From positions 1,824,001-1,888,000 of the forward strand of contig CBDBCF010000001.1 of the NCBI GenBank assembly GCA_965202985.1: a stretch of DNA of 64,000 nucleotides, given 5' to 3'. The stretch is from Longimicrobiales bacterium. Its GTDB lineage: Bacteria > Gemmatimonadota > Gemmatimonadetes > Longimicrobiales > Gaopeijiaceae. The notes under the pieces are model-generated. The model was not told where the DNA came from. It ran no database searches and saw only the letters and a program-made list of their open reading frames with translations. Shown here piece by piece: positions 49,704 to 60,415 of the stretch. Every line of letters begins with the position of its first letter. The first letter of the stretch is position 1. The translations under genes and the position numbers were made by a program.

Positions 49704-52700
49704 ATGCGCTGCATCCACGTCCTTCTCGCGACCGCTGTTCTCGCGGCTGCCCCATCGCCGCCGGCCTCCGCCACGGGCCGCGCCCCGCAATCCTCGACCG
49801 CCCTGCAAGCGACCGACGCCCGGACCCCCCTCGAGCAAGCCCTGGACGCCCTGTCGTTCCGGGAGATCGGACCCGCGATCATGGGCGGGCGCGTGGCGGG
49901 CCTGGCGCCATTGGAGTCGAACCCGGCGAAGTTCTACGTGGGCCTGGCGTCGGGCGGCGTCTGGCTGACGGAGAACAACGGCATGTCGTGGACGCCCCTC
50001 TTCGACGACCAGCCCTGCGCGTCGATCGGCGCCGTCGCGTTGTTCCAGCCGAACCCGAACGTGGTGTGGGCGGGCACCGGCGAGCCCCAGAACCGGCAGA
50101 GCTCGCCTTACGGCTGCGGCGTCTTCAAGTCCACCGACGGTGGGCGCACCTGGACCGACGCGGGACTCCGCGACACGCGCCACGTCTCCCGCATTGCGGT
50201 CCATCCGACGGATCCGGAGGTGGCGTACGTGGCTGCCGTCGGGCACCTGTTCGGCCCCAACGAGGAGCGCGGCGTCTTTCGCACGACGGACGGCGGGGCG
50301 AGCTGGGAGAAGGTGCTGTACGTGGACGAGAACACGGGCGCCGTGGACCTGGTCATGGACCCGTCCGACCCCCGGACGCTCTTCGCCGCCATGTACCAGC
50401 GGCGACGCACGGCGTTCGGCTTCAGCGCCAGCGGGGCCGGGAGCGGCCTCTACCGCACCACCGACGGCGGCAACCACTGGGCGCGGCTGGAGGAGGGCTT
50501 GCCCGAGGGCGACCTGGGGCGCATCGGAATCGACGTGTACCGGCGGGACGGCAACGTGGTCTACGCGCTGGTGGAGTCGCGCGGCGCGGGCCGGGGGTTG
50601 TACAAGTCCACCGACCGAGGCGAAAGCTGGCGGAAGGTGTCGTCGAGGAACCCCCGCCCGATGTACTTCAGCATGGTGCGCATCGACCCCAACAACCCGG
50701 AGCGCATCTATCTGGGCGGCGTGCGCTTGTCGGCGTCCGACGACGGCGGCAGGACTTGGTGGGAAGGCGACGCGGCCGACGGCATCCACGTGGACCATCA
50801 CGCGCTGTGGGTCGATCCGCGCAACTCCGACTACGTGCTGCTGGGCAACGACGGGGGCGTCGCCACCAGCGTGGACGGCGCGCGCACGTGGCGTCATCAC
50901 AACAACTTCGCCGCCGGACAGTTCTACGAGATCGGCGTGGACATGAGCGATCCGTATCGCGTATGCGGCGGCTTGCAGGACAACAGCTCGTGGTGCGCCC
51001 CCAACGAGACGGTGACCGGCTACGGCTTGCGCAACCGCGACTGGCGCGACGTGTGGGGCGGCGACGGCTTCTACAATCAGTTCGATCCCAACGACCCGAA
51101 TATCTTGTACACGGAGTCGCAGGGCGGCAATTCGGGGCGCGTCAATCTGGCCACGGGCGAAGTGCTTTCGATGCGGCCCGTGGCGCCCCCTTCGCCCGAT
51201 TCCGGCGACGAGAACGGCGAGGAACGCAGCTACCGCTACAACTGGAACGCGCCGATCGTGGTGTCGATGCACAACTCCAGCACGGTCTACGTGGGGAACA
51301 ATCACCTAATGCGCTCTCGGGACCGAGGCATGTCGTGGGAAGAGGCCAGCCCGGACTTGACCAAGGCGCTGGACCGCGACTCGCTGCCCATCATGGGAGC
51401 GCTGGTGACTGATTCGACGCTGTCGCGCCACGACGGCATCGCCACGTACGGCAACATCACCACGATCGACGAGTCGCCGCTGTCGCCGCAGGTCCTGTAC
51501 GTGGGCACCGACGACGGCAACGTGCAGGTCACGCAAGACGGCGGCGCGACGTGGACCAACGTCGCCGCGAACGTGCCGGGGTTGCCCGAGCGCTCCTACG
51601 TGAGCCGGCTGGAGGCTTCGGCCCACGCGGAGGGTCGCGTGTACGCCGCCTTCGACCGCCACTGGGACGACGACTACGGCGCCTACGTGTACGCCAGCGA
51701 GGACTTCGGGGCGTCGTGGCGCAGGCTGTCGGAGGGGCTGCCGGAGTGGTCGGTGAACGTTGTGCGCGAGCATCCGCGCAGCGAGGACTTGTTGTTCCTC
51801 GGGAACGAGGCGGGCGTCTTCGCGTCGCTGGATCGGGGCGCGTCGTGGCACCGAATGGGCGGCCTGCCGACAGTGCCCGTTGACGACCTGGTCGTGCACC
51901 CACGGGACAACGACTTGGTGGTGGGCACGCACGGGCGCAGCATCTGGATACTGGACGACCTGGTGCCGTTGGAGCACATGGCGGGCGGCGCCGTCTTCGA
52001 CAAGCAGGCGTACTTGTTCCCCGTGCCGCGGGCCACGCAGTGGTTCCGGATGGGCGGCTGGCCTTTCCGAGGCGACGTGTACGAAGCCGAGAACCCGCCC
52101 GACGGCACCGTCGCGCGCTACTGGCTTGCGGAGGGCGTGGACTCGGCGACGCTGTCGGTGACGACGCCGGGCGGCCAAGCGGTGCGGTCGCTGGACGCGC
52201 CGGCGGATGCGGGCATGAACCAGGTCGTCTGGGACCTTAGGGAGGACGCGCCCGTGGAGGTGCCGCCCGAAGACGGTTCGGGCGGCGGCGGTGCGGGCGG
52301 CGGACGGTTCGGGGGAAGCACGGCGGGGCCGCTGGTCTTGCCGGGCGCGTACGTCGTGCGGTTGGAAGCCGGAGACCAGGTGGCGGAACAGGAGGTCGTG
52401 GTGCGCATGGACCCCAGGACCGATCCCAACGTCTCCGCGCTTCGCGCCCGCCAGACCGCTGCGCGGGAAGTCGCCACGCTAAACGCGACCGTCGTGCTGG
52501 CCGTGCGCGCGCTGAACCGGGCATCGCGACATCTGGACGAGGCCGAGGCGCTGTTGGACGACGGAGCGGCGTTGCCTGGCGGCGACGAAGTCCGCGATTC
52601 CTTGAAGGCCGAGTTGGCAGAGTTGACTGCCGTCGCCGACTCGTTGCGGGCAGACCTGCAAGAGGCCCGACCGGGGCGCGCGGCCGCCGGGATCGAGCGC

Positions 52701-53402
52701 AACGCCGGACCGCCGTCGGCCAGCCAGCTGGCGGCGATCGATCGGGCATGGGAGCGCGTGCCCCCGCTTGTGGAAGAAGCGAACGCCTACGTTGCGGAGC
52801 GCGTGTCCGCCTTCTGGGACCGCATGGCCCGAGCCGGAGTGCGCCCGAGTCTGGGCGATCCGGTGAAGGTGCCCAAGCGGGCTCTTCCGGCGGAGACGAC
52901 GCCGGACCGGCCGTCGCTCCGCGTGCCGGTCGGTTCGGTCGGTTGGGACTCCAGGGGCGCCGCCGGGTTCGGGGGGCCAGCTCCCCGCTCGGAGTGGTCG
53001 GTGTGGTCCAGGTCCTTAGAGCATCCCCTGCGGCCAGTGTTCGCCGACAGCGCGTCGTTGAAGGGCCGGATGTTGGCCTCCCTGTCGGGAATCGCGCTCC
53101 TGGCCCAACTGCCGATGTGGGGGGTCGTCCTCTACAGGGGACTCGACAGCGATCGGCGAGAGAGCTATCGAGTCCCCATCACGCTGGCCGCGGCGGGGTC
53201 GGCGGCAGCCGTGGCTTGGGCAGCCCAAAGGATGGGCGCAAAGTTCTCCACTGCGCTTGTCGGATCGACCCTTGGGGCAGGCGCGGCCCTGGGGCTGGCC
53301 TCGACCATCGACCACAGCAGCGAGCTAGGCGCCGTGCTGTTCACCCCTCTCGCCAGCTCGGTGGTGCACGGACTCCTTATCGCACTGCTGGCCGCGCGCT
53401 GA
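49704..53402 (+). CDS. VPS10/BNR-repeat (sortilin-like) glycosyl hydrolase-like secreted protein with extra hydrophobic C-terminal tail
   Basis: Signal peptide, FREIGPAIMGGR, many S/TxDGGxTW Asp-boxes, HVDHHALW, GGLQDN, GGDGF, RYNWNAP, GTHGRSIW. Confidence 0.88.
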   Translation: MRCIHVLLATAVLAAAPSPPASATGRAPQSSTALQATDARTPLEQALDALSFREIGPAIMGGRVAGLAPLESNPAKFYVGLASGGVWLTENNGMSWTPLFDDQPCASIGAVALFQPNPNVVWAGTGEPQNRQSSPYGCGVFKSTDGGRTWTDAGLRDTRHVSRIAVHPTDPEVAYVAAVGHLFGPNEERGVFRTTDGGASWEKVLYVDENTGAVDLVMDPSDPRTLFAAMYQRRRTAFGFSASGAGSGLYRTTDGGNHWARLEEGLPEGDLGRIGIDVYRRDGNVVYALVESRGAGRGLYKSTDRGESWRKVSSRNPRPMYFSMVRIDPNNPERIYLGGVRLSASDDGGRTWWEGDAADGIHVDHHALWVDPRNSDYVLLGNDGGVATSVDGARTWRHHNNFAAGQFYEIGVDMSDPYRVCGGLQDNSSWCAPNETVTGYGLRNRDWRDVWGGDGFYNQFDPNDPNILYTESQGGNSGRVNLATGEVLSMRPVAPPSPDSGDENGEERSYRYNWNAPIVVSMHNSSTVYVGNNHLMRSRDRGMSWEEASPDLTKALDRDSLPIMGALVTDSTLSRHDGIATYGNITTIDESPLSPQVLYVGTDDGNVQVTQDGGATWTNVAANVPGLPERSYVSRLEASAHAEGRVYAAFDRHWDDDYGAYVYASEDFGASWRRLSEGLPEWSVNVVREHPRSEDLLFLGNEAGVFASLDRGASWHRMGGLPTVPVDDLVVHPRDNDLVVGTHGRSIWILDDLVPLEHMAGGAVFDKQAYLFPVPRATQWFRMGGWPFRGDVYEAENPPDGTVARYWLAEGVDSATLSVTTPGGQAVRSLDAPADAGMNQVVWDLREDAPVEVPPEDGSGGGGAGGGRFGGSTAGPLVLPGAYVVRLEAGDQVAEQEVVVRMDPRTDPNVSALRARQTAAREVATLNATVVLAVRALNRASRHLDEAEALLDDGAALPGGDEVRDSLKAELAELTAVADSLRADLQEARPGRAAAGIERNAGPPSASQLAAIDRAWERVPPLVEEANAYVAERVSAFWDRMARAGVRPSLGDPVKVPKRALPAETTPDRPSLRVPVGSVGWDSRGAAGFGGPAPRSEWSVWSRSLEHPLRPVFADSASLKGRMLASLSGIALLAQLPMWGVVLYRGLDSDRRESYRVPITLAAAGSAAAVAWAAQRMGAKFSTALVGSTLGAGAALGLASTIDHSSELGAVLFTPLASSVVHGLLIALLAAR

Positions 53403-53426
53403 CGCGGCGGCACGGCCGAACCCGCT

Positions 53427-55262
53427 CTACCCCGATGGGACCTCCAGTCGCAGCAGCACCGCGTCCACCTCCAGCTCGGTGACTGTAGGACCGTCCACCA
53501 GCTCCTCCACGCGCAACCACGCCAGCACCAGCCGCACCGCGACTCCTTCCACGGCAGCGTCCAGCACGAGTTCGCTCGCCGGCGCCTCCACGCTTGCGGT
53601 GCCGTCCACCGGCGGCCGAGCCGCCCCGTCGGTCGGCGTCTCCCGCAGCGCTCGCGCCCGCTCGATCAGCGGCTCCAGGGACGCCCGCGCTTCTCGTTCG
53701 CCCAGCGTCAGGACCGCCGCCCGCCCGTCCTCGGACAGCGCAACGCGAAGCGTGTCTCCCGCGACGACGGCCTCGCCCGCATCGCCGGTCGCCGCCATCC
53801 AGTCGTACCCTTCAGTGGAGACGGGCTCTCCGGGGCTGGCCGCGTAGAGCTCCACGGGCCTGCCGTCGGCCCCGGGGCGAACCCCCAGCCGCGCCAGGAC
53901 GCCGTCGATCTGCTCGTGCAGAGCATCCCGCCCGATCGCCGGCGCCGTCGCCCACTCCTGGTCAGCGTTCTCGACGCCGCCGGACCACCCCTCGAAGGCG
54001 CTGGTGCCGTGGTTGTCCACCAAGTAGAGCACCACGTCCTCGACCTGCTGCCAGTCCTCGAAGGGGATGTCGCGCGGCTGCGAAGACAGGACGTCGCCGG
54101 AAAGGGCGCCGTGGGCGGTCAGGATGTCGGCGATCCGTCCCACCTGGCTTCGCTTGGCGACGGAGTAGGCCGACCACGGCCCCGCCAGCGACAGCAGTCC
54201 GACCGCCGCCAACGTCAACGGAATCGTCTTGATGTCGCGGGTGCGGGTGATCGCCTTGTGGAGCGCCGTCCCCACCAGCCACAGCGCCATCGCGCCCAGC
54301 AGGTACCGCGCCTCCGTGATCCCGTACTGCTCGACCCGCTGCCAGAGGGCCATGAGCACCATCGCCGCCGACGGCAGGACCGCGATCCAGAAGCCCAGGG
54401 CGTACCGGTCGATCCAGCTGTTCTCCGTCCGCATCCGCTCCGGGTGGACCATGAGCAGGGAGAACGTGCCCGCGACGGCCAGCGCCGTCACCAGGTAGCT
54501 GATCCACCCGCTGGGCCACGTTCCCGTGACCAGAATCTTCCCCATGTAGACCAGCAGGATCGCCACGTAGAGGGCGACCAGCGGCAGCATGACGTTCTGC
54601 GAGAAGACCTTGAGCCAGCGGGGGTAGTCCCGGCTCTCGTTCAGGCTGGCGAAGCTCGTGGGGACGCCGGCCAGGAAGACGAGCGGGTGAAGGCCGAACG
54701 CGGCGGCGAACCAGAGCCGCCCGTAGGTCTCTTCGGGGATGTCCACGCCGAAGAGGTTGTCCACCGCGCCCACCGCCAGCGCCAGCCCGACGAACACCGC
54801 CGCGGCGTACACCACCGCGACGACGAAGCGGAAAAAGAGCGCCCGGTTGTACTGCCAGAACCCCCAGGGCTCCGTCGTGCGCAGGTACGGCAGCACCGCC
54901 GCCGCCAAGTGCAGCGTCAGCGCCGTGTGAAAGAAGCGCACGGGCATAATGTTCATCTGCCAGCCTCCGCTGGCCGCCCACCAGCCGACCAGAAGCGCCG
55001 CTCCCGCGCCCCGGAGAGCCCACCGCGTCCTTTCGCTCCAGCCGTGTCGCTCCGCCGTCAGGACCATGCCCGTGAAGAAGGGCAGCCCCAGGGCGGCGGC
55101 GAAGCAAATTCGGAACCAGAAGCGCTCATCGGCCGCGTCGATGCCGGCCGCACCGGCGGTCCCGGCGACGAGACCGCAGACCACGACCTCGGGAAAGCGC
55201 CGCGCCGCAGCGCCTCCGGCGGCGAGAAGTCGGCGAACGGACTGGTGCTTGGCGTTCGGCAT
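53427..55262 (-). CDS. DUF4153-type polytopic membrane protein
   Basis: RRFPE, FWQYN, LPLVALYVAILLVY..KI...WPSG, RVEQYGITEARY, GPWSA. Confidence 0.8.
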   Translation of the reverse strand: MPNAKHQSVRRLLAAGGAAARRFPEVVVCGLVAGTAGAAGIDAADERFWFRICFAAALGLPFFTGMVLTAERHGWSERTRWALRGAGAALLVGWWAASGGWQMNIMPVRFFHTALTLHLAAAVLPYLRTTEPWGFWQYNRALFFRFVVAVVYAAAVFVGLALAVGAVDNLFGVDIPEETYGRLWFAAAFGLHPLVFLAGVPTSFASLNESRDYPRWLKVFSQNVMLPLVALYVAILLVYMGKILVTGTWPSGWISYLVTALAVAGTFSLLMVHPERMRTENSWIDRYALGFWIAVLPSAAMVLMALWQRVEQYGITEARYLLGAMALWLVGTALHKAITRTRDIKTIPLTLAAVGLLSLAGPWSAYSVAKRSQVGRIADILTAHGALSGDVLSSQPRDIPFEDWQQVEDVVLYLVDNHGTSAFEGWSGGVENADQEWATAPAIGRDALHEQIDGVLARLGVRPGADGRPVELYAASPGEPVSTEGYDWMAATGDAGEAVVAGDTLRVALSEDGRAAVLTLGEREARASLEPLIERARALRETPTDGAARPPVDGTASVEAPASELVLDAAVEGVAVRLVLAWLRVEELVDGPTVTELEVDAVLLRLEVPSG

Positions 55263-55367
55263 TCTAGATGCTCCTTGGGGTTCGTGCGGGAGGCGGCAGA
55301 TGAAACTTTGTGACGCAAAGTAAACTCGTCGGGGTTGTCGCGCAACTGCGGCTTGTCGTCTCCAATC

Positions 55368-55393
55368 CAAACCTTTAGCCCTCGGCGGTCGTC
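55368..55393 (+). promoter_or_regulatory. Putative ECF sigma promoter upstream of the DUF4097 gene
   Basis: cAAACc...: AAC-N17-CGTC. Confidence 0.4.
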
Positions 55394-55480
55394 TTATTCG
55401 TGAACCGGAGCGCGGCGTCCGATGCGCGGGCGCAGCGTTTCCCGGACGGCTTCGGACAACGACAATCGGGAGGAGAAGGC

Positions 55481-56317
55481 ATGGACGGAAGGGCGAGACG
55501 CTTGGCGACGTGGACGGTGCGGGCCGCCGTCGGGGCGGGGATCGTGGGCTTGGGCGCGGGGGCGCTTGCGGGGCCGGGGCTGCTCCTGGCGCCGGCGGAG
55601 TTGGCGGGCCAGTCCGGGTGCGAGCATCGCGAGGTCAAGGAGCTCGCGGGGCCGGCGGAGGGCGACCTGGACGTGGAGGCGGGGGCCGGGCGGCTGGTCG
55701 TGACCGGGCGCGACGGAGCCAGCGACGTTCGGGTCACGGCCGTGCTGTGCGCTTCCAGCCAAGAGGCGCTGGAGGGCTTGGAGGTGACCTTGGACGGGGA
55801 CCAGCTGCGGACCGACTACCCGGACCTGCGCAGGCGCTGGGGCGGGCGGAACTACGCGCGGATCGACCTGGAGGTCGCGGTGCCCCGAGGCATGGACGTT
55901 CGCGTGGAAGACGGCTCGGGCAGCATCGCGCTTTCCGGCGTGGGGCAGGTGCACGTGAAGGACGGTTCGGGCGAGATCAGGGTTCGCGACGCGACGGCGG
56001 TGGTCGTCGAGGACGGGTCCGGCAGCTTGCAGATCGAAGACGTGACGGGCAACGTGGAGATCGAAGACGGCTCGGGGAGCCTGCGAGTGCGGGAGGTGAC
56101 GGGCGACGTGGAGGTGTCGGACGGCTCTGGCAGCATCGAGATCGAAGCCGTTGGCGGCACCGTCCGCGTGGACGGAATGGGCTCCGGCGGCTTGTCGGTG
56201 CGCGATGTGGAGGGCGACTTGGTGGTCAGAGACGGACGCAGGGAACGGATTCGGTACTCGGACATCCGGGGCTCGCTGGACCTGCCTCCGGCGCGGCGAC
56301 AGGGGCGGGGCGCCTGA
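55481..56317 (+). CDS. DUF4097 family beta-strand repeat protein
   Basis: GGAGG RBS, signal peptide, repeated DGSGS/E(I/L) motifs. Confidence 0.85.
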   Translation: MDGRARRLATWTVRAAVGAGIVGLGAGALAGPGLLLAPAELAGQSGCEHREVKELAGPAEGDLDVEAGAGRLVVTGRDGASDVRVTAVLCASSQEALEGLEVTLDGDQLRTDYPDLRRRWGGRNYARIDLEVAVPRGMDVRVEDGSGSIALSGVGQVHVKDGSGEIRVRDATAVVVEDGSGSLQIEDVTGNVEIEDGSGSLRVREVTGDVEVSDGSGSIEIEAVGGTVRVDGMGSGGLSVRDVEGDLVVRDGRRERIRYSDIRGSLDLPPARRQGRGA

Positions 56318-56336
56318 AGCCGGAGCCGGCGTAGGG

Positions 56337-56897
56337 GTGCGCGGGCGGCTCGACGTCGCCGGCGGGCTGGGGCTCGGCCTGTCGGTCCTAGCCGGGCTGG
56401 CGGTTCCGACGTCGGCCGCCCAGGGGCAGTTGGGCCAAGTCCTCCAGGCCGTCGCCAACGGGGGAAGCTGGGTTCGGTTCCAGGTCGAGGCGGGCCGGGG
56501 GTCCTACCGCAGCCCGCGCCTGCCCGTGGCGGGGATGACCTTGGACGGCTGCTTCCAGGTGTGGCAAGGCCATTCCGGGACTTGGACGATCCGCGCCAAG
56601 GACCTTCGCGGAACCACGGACATCCACGTGACGGCCGCGCCCGGCGAGCCGGTGGAGTTCAGCTACGAGGGCGGCTTGACGGCGGAGATCGACCTGGCGA
56701 TCGAGTGGAGCGAGGCCCGGGACACGGTCATGATCGCGTGGGTCGGCTTGGCGGCGCTGGCGGGCGAAGAAGGTGAGCGGGACATCTGCCAGCCGCCCGC
56801 CGAGAACGAAGGCGAAAGCGGGCCGGTGCGCGGTGCGGCCAGGCCGGCCGCCAGCCCGCGCGCCCCGCCCGCCGGGACCACGAACACGATCCGATAG
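56337..56897 (+). CDS. Hypothetical secreted protein
   Basis: GTG start, signal-like LGLGLSVLAGLAVPTSAAQ; host-like codon usage. Confidence 0.6.
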   Translation: MRGRLDVAGGLGLGLSVLAGLAVPTSAAQGQLGQVLQAVANGGSWVRFQVEAGRGSYRSPRLPVAGMTLDGCFQVWQGHSGTWTIRAKDLRGTTDIHVTAAPGEPVEFSYEGGLTAEIDLAIEWSEARDTVMIAWVGLAALAGEEGERDICQPPAENEGESGPVRGAARPAASPRAPPAGTTNTIR

Positions 56898-57069
56898 GTC
56901 GTTTTCCGCCACGGGGCTGCCGCGCCGGCAGGTCACGGGGGTTGCTCCGCGAAACCCAAATGGAACCTTTTTCGCGGTCGAGGAGTACCACGGGGTAAAT
57001 GTCCCACCGAACGGCCGCCGAGAGGCGCGCCGGATCGGATGCCTTCCCCCGACGAGACCGGAGGACCAG

Positions 57070-58470
57070 ATGACTCGCAGCAACCCGCCGAGTCGACCGA
57101 CCAGGGGCGCGTGGCGGCTCCTGGCTCTGGCCGCCCTTGGAGCAGCGGCCTGCGGCGACTCCATCGCAAGCATCGAGCAGACGGCAGGACGCGCCGGCCC
57201 CGCAGAGGAGCCGGCCGGTGCGGCTGCTAGCTCCAGCTCCGCCAATTCGGCTGCCCAGCTGGACACCGCCGCCGCCCAGGTCGTGGAGGGCGGGTTGGGC
57301 GAACCTCGCCTCGACCCGGCCGCCTACGTGCAAGGCGACAGCATCGTTCGAGATTCAGTCGTGGTCGGCCACCTGAGCCAGGACACGACGAGCGGCTCGG
57401 TCGCGCCGATCTCGGGCCTGCCGCCGGGCCACTGCCTGGTCCTGATCTACTACTACTTGGACACAGGCGAGATCATCGGGTACACGATCCTCCACTGCGA
57501 GCCGTCCGAGGAGGATCCCGGAGGCAGCGGCAGAGGGAGTTCGACCGGCAACGAGCCCACCGACACCACCAGCGTGACGATCGGCCTCGACTGTCCAGCC
57601 AACGTGAACCGAGGCGCCAGGGCGGCGTGTACGATCACGAAGTACCCGTCCGACGCGGCCGTCATCAACGTCCAGTGGACGTTCACGAACACGGCCGTCA
57701 CGAACACCAAGCAGAACGGCGAAAGCTGGGTTGGAACAGCGGTGTCCACGGGCACCGTCAAGGTCACTGGCAGCGCCGGCGGTCATAGCTTTACCTTGAC
57801 CCGATCGATAACCGTGCAAGACAGGGGGTGGAGATGGACCGTATCGACCGGCTGGGCAGTAGGTTCGGAAGTAGATGCCTGTCGAGGGGGGTGGGGCAGA
57901 GAGGCTGGCAGGGTCGCACCCACCGGGTGCGGTTCAAGCTGGTTCGACAAGCGCGGCTTCACGATCGGCCAGGGATCCGGGCCGTGGGCTCGCTTGCACT
58001 TCGTCTCTGGTACCGATGCACCCCTTGAACTGCTGGCAGCGTTGCACCCTCAGTTTCGCGCCAACGGCCCCGAGCATTGGCTAAGGGGCGATTCGGTGCT
58101 TGTCAGGCGATGCAAAGAGCGCTTCGGCGCGTCCACGGAACGAGTCAGCACGCATCAGGCCAACACCCAGTGCGATTCGATCGCGGACTACCCGCGGGCA
58201 ATCTCGTTTGTGCGTGCCCACGAAAACCGACACTTGAGCGCGGCGGCTTCTGCCGCTCACACCACCGATCTGTACGCCATGTGGGATACGGTGGTGACGA
58301 CATCCAGAGAAAAGGCCAGCAGTGACGCTAGTAAGATTGCCGAAGAGGTGCACCGACAGGTCGAGAGCGCCATGCGGGCAACGCATACGGGAGGGACCGC
58401 TACCTATACCTTCTGGAGGTTCTCTACGTCCCACGCATGGCACAAGAATCCCCTCGTATTCCGCAACTAG
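57070..58470 (+). CDS. Lipoprotein with C-terminal HExxH putative zinc metallopeptidase domain (candidate toxin)
   Basis: GGAGG RBS; lipobox LGAAAC; CLVLIYYYLDTGEIIGYTILHC followed by a Gly/Ser linker; Ig/PKD-like middle; FVRAHENRH. Confidence 0.75.
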   Translation: MTRSNPPSRPTRGAWRLLALAALGAAACGDSIASIEQTAGRAGPAEEPAGAAASSSSANSAAQLDTAAAQVVEGGLGEPRLDPAAYVQGDSIVRDSVVVGHLSQDTTSGSVAPISGLPPGHCLVLIYYYLDTGEIIGYTILHCEPSEEDPGGSGRGSSTGNEPTDTTSVTIGLDCPANVNRGARAACTITKYPSDAAVINVQWTFTNTAVTNTKQNGESWVGTAVSTGTVKVTGSAGGHSFTLTRSITVQDRGWRWTVSTGWAVGSEVDACRGGWGREAGRVAPTGCGSSWFDKRGFTIGQGSGPWARLHFVSGTDAPLELLAALHPQFRANGPEHWLRGDSVLVRRCKERFGASTERVSTHQANTQCDSIADYPRAISFVRAHENRHLSAAASAAHTTDLYAMWDTVVTTSREKASSDASKIAEEVHRQVESAMRATHTGGTATYTFWRFSTSHAWHKNPLVFRN

Positions 58471-58486
58471 ATCAAGGAGACCAGAG

Positions 58487-59536
58487 ATGAAGAACGCACT
58501 CATGCGGATCACACTGGCGGTCGCAGTTATCGCACCCATCAACTCGACCGCTCAGGAGGCTACACTCCCGCCGACGCCGCAGGAGGTTTTGGAAGGGCTG
58601 CGCGAAGGCCGCATCGGGGCCACAACGGACGCGGTCGCGATCCTGACGCAGCTGCACAAGCGGAGAGCTCGTTCGGAGTTGGACGCGTTTGCCGACGGCA
58701 TCGCGGCGGTGGCCATCGCAGGCGAAGAAGACAACCGGCCAGGCGCAAGGCAAGCTCTGTCTGCACTAACCTTGTCGTCCCGACCTGAGGAGCCCGGCGC
58801 GATACCCTACGCCGGAGTCTACGATGCCCTGCACAAAGTTTTTCGAGAAACGAAATCCGAAATCGTTCTCGGTTACATGCTCAATGTCGATCCGTCCCGG
58901 GGAAAGGATGTCCTTCGCGCACTCTTTGCGCGACATGGCGGCGACGCCTGCACGGCCGACATGGCCCTTCGGTACGCTTGGGACGGGGACGCGATCGCCA
59001 GAGAGCTTGGCATTGAGCTCGGTACCATCTACTCCGACCATTGCCTGTACAAGTACCACGACTACCGATACCGCGACGTGTTGGCGCAGCTTCGAGATGG
59101 GAAGGCGGAAGGCGTGGAGCGGGCCGTGGCCATTCTGACCGGGAGAGCGTCGGGATACTCCGTGTTCATCACAGTCTTGGCCGACAGCTTGACCGGGATG
59201 GCTGTTCACGGCGGAGGCACGTCGGACGTCGCGCACCGGGCTCTTGCCGTTCTGGAGCGATCGGCTCGCCCCGTACATGCTGACGCGCAGCCCTTTGCCT
59301 ACGCCTATGAATTCGTTGCCACGGCCTTCCGGGTCACCGAATCCCAGGCTGCTCTCGAGTCTCTTGTCGAGATCGACCCGGCTCGGGCGCAGGCGCTCCT
59401 GACGGAGCTGGCGCAGCGGGACCAGGCGGTGGCCTGCAAGGCTCGGGCGGTCCTGGCGGGAACGGTGGACGGCCCGCGCGTGTTGCGCGACTTGCAGGGA
59501 CAAGGGGTGCTGACGTATCGGTGCGGCGGCCCATGA
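58487..59536 (+). CDS. Secreted alpha-helical protein, paralogue 1 (candidate immunity protein)
   Basis: AAGGAG RBS; MKNALMR... signal peptide; internal two-fold repeat; 349 aa. Confidence 0.8.
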   Translation: MKNALMRITLAVAVIAPINSTAQEATLPPTPQEVLEGLREGRIGATTDAVAILTQLHKRRARSELDAFADGIAAVAIAGEEDNRPGARQALSALTLSSRPEEPGAIPYAGVYDALHKVFRETKSEIVLGYMLNVDPSRGKDVLRALFARHGGDACTADMALRYAWDGDAIARELGIELGTIYSDHCLYKYHDYRYRDVLAQLRDGKAEGVERAVAILTGRASGYSVFITVLADSLTGMAVHGGGTSDVAHRALAVLERSARPVHADAQPFAYAYEFVATAFRVTESQAALESLVEIDPARAQALLTELAQRDQAVACKARAVLAGTVDGPRVLRDLQGQGVLTYRCGGP

Positions 59537-60415
59537 AGAGCGCACTCATGTGGCTTGTTCTCACAGCGACGGTCCTGGTGCCCGACACCTCGGCCGCTCA
59601 GGAGGCCGCGTCCCCGCCGACTCCGCAGGAGGTCTTGGAAGGACTGCGGGAGGGTCGCCGCAAGGCCGCGTCCGCTGCGACCGAGATCCTGACGCAGCTG
59701 GACAAGCGGAGACCTCGTTCGGAACTGGACGCATTTGCCGACAGCCTCGTGGCGCTGGCCATCGGACGACGCCTGCACGGCCGACTATGCACTTCGGGAC
59801 GCTCGGGACGGGGCCGCAATCGCACAGGAGCTTGGCATCGAGCTGGGCGACATCTCCGCTCACTACTGTCTCGTCAAGTACCACGACTACCGGCAGACGT
59901 TCACTGCGCCTCTTCCGCAGGGGACCGAAATCCTGTTAATGCCGCCGCACCACGACGTGTTGGCACAGCTTCGGGAAGGGGACGCGGAAGGGACCGAGCT
60001 TGCAATAGCGATCTTGACCGGGATGGCAAGGTTGAACAACCCTGCGTTGTACGACTTGTTCGCGGACAGCTTGCTAGAAATGGCTGTTGCCGACGAAGGC
60101 GCGTCGGCCGCCGCGGGCCGGGCGCTTGCTGTCCTGGTGCGGTCGGCTCATCCCGTCCATGCTGACGCCGAGCCCTACGCCAACGCCTACCTGTACGTGG
60201 ACTTGGTCTTCCAAGCCACCCAATCGCAGGCTGCTCTCGAGTCTCTCGTTGAGATCGACCCGGCTCGGGCACAGGCGCTCCTGACCGAGCTGGCGCAACG
60301 GGACCAAGCGGTTGCCTGCAAGGCTCGGGCGGTCTTGGCGAGAACGGTGGACGGCCCGCGCGTGTTGCGCGACTTGGAGGGACGAGGTATGCTGACGCAT
60401 CGGTGCGGCCCATGA
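59533..60415 (+). pseudogene. Paralogue 2, frameshifted by an internal deletion
   Basis: At about 59763 the sequence jumps from gccatc to ggacgacgcctgc, missing about 221 bp relative to paralogue 3 (60643-60863); homology continues in another frame to TGA at 60415. Confidence 0.85.

Noticed and set aside
49596..51305. Extension of the receptor fusion ORF to 2036 aa
   Set aside because: This part is antisense to the VPS10 gene; recognisable protein starts at ATG 49595.
59750..59790. Programmed frameshift in paralogue 2
   Set aside because: The frame change is explained by a ~221-bp deletion; no slippery sequence.
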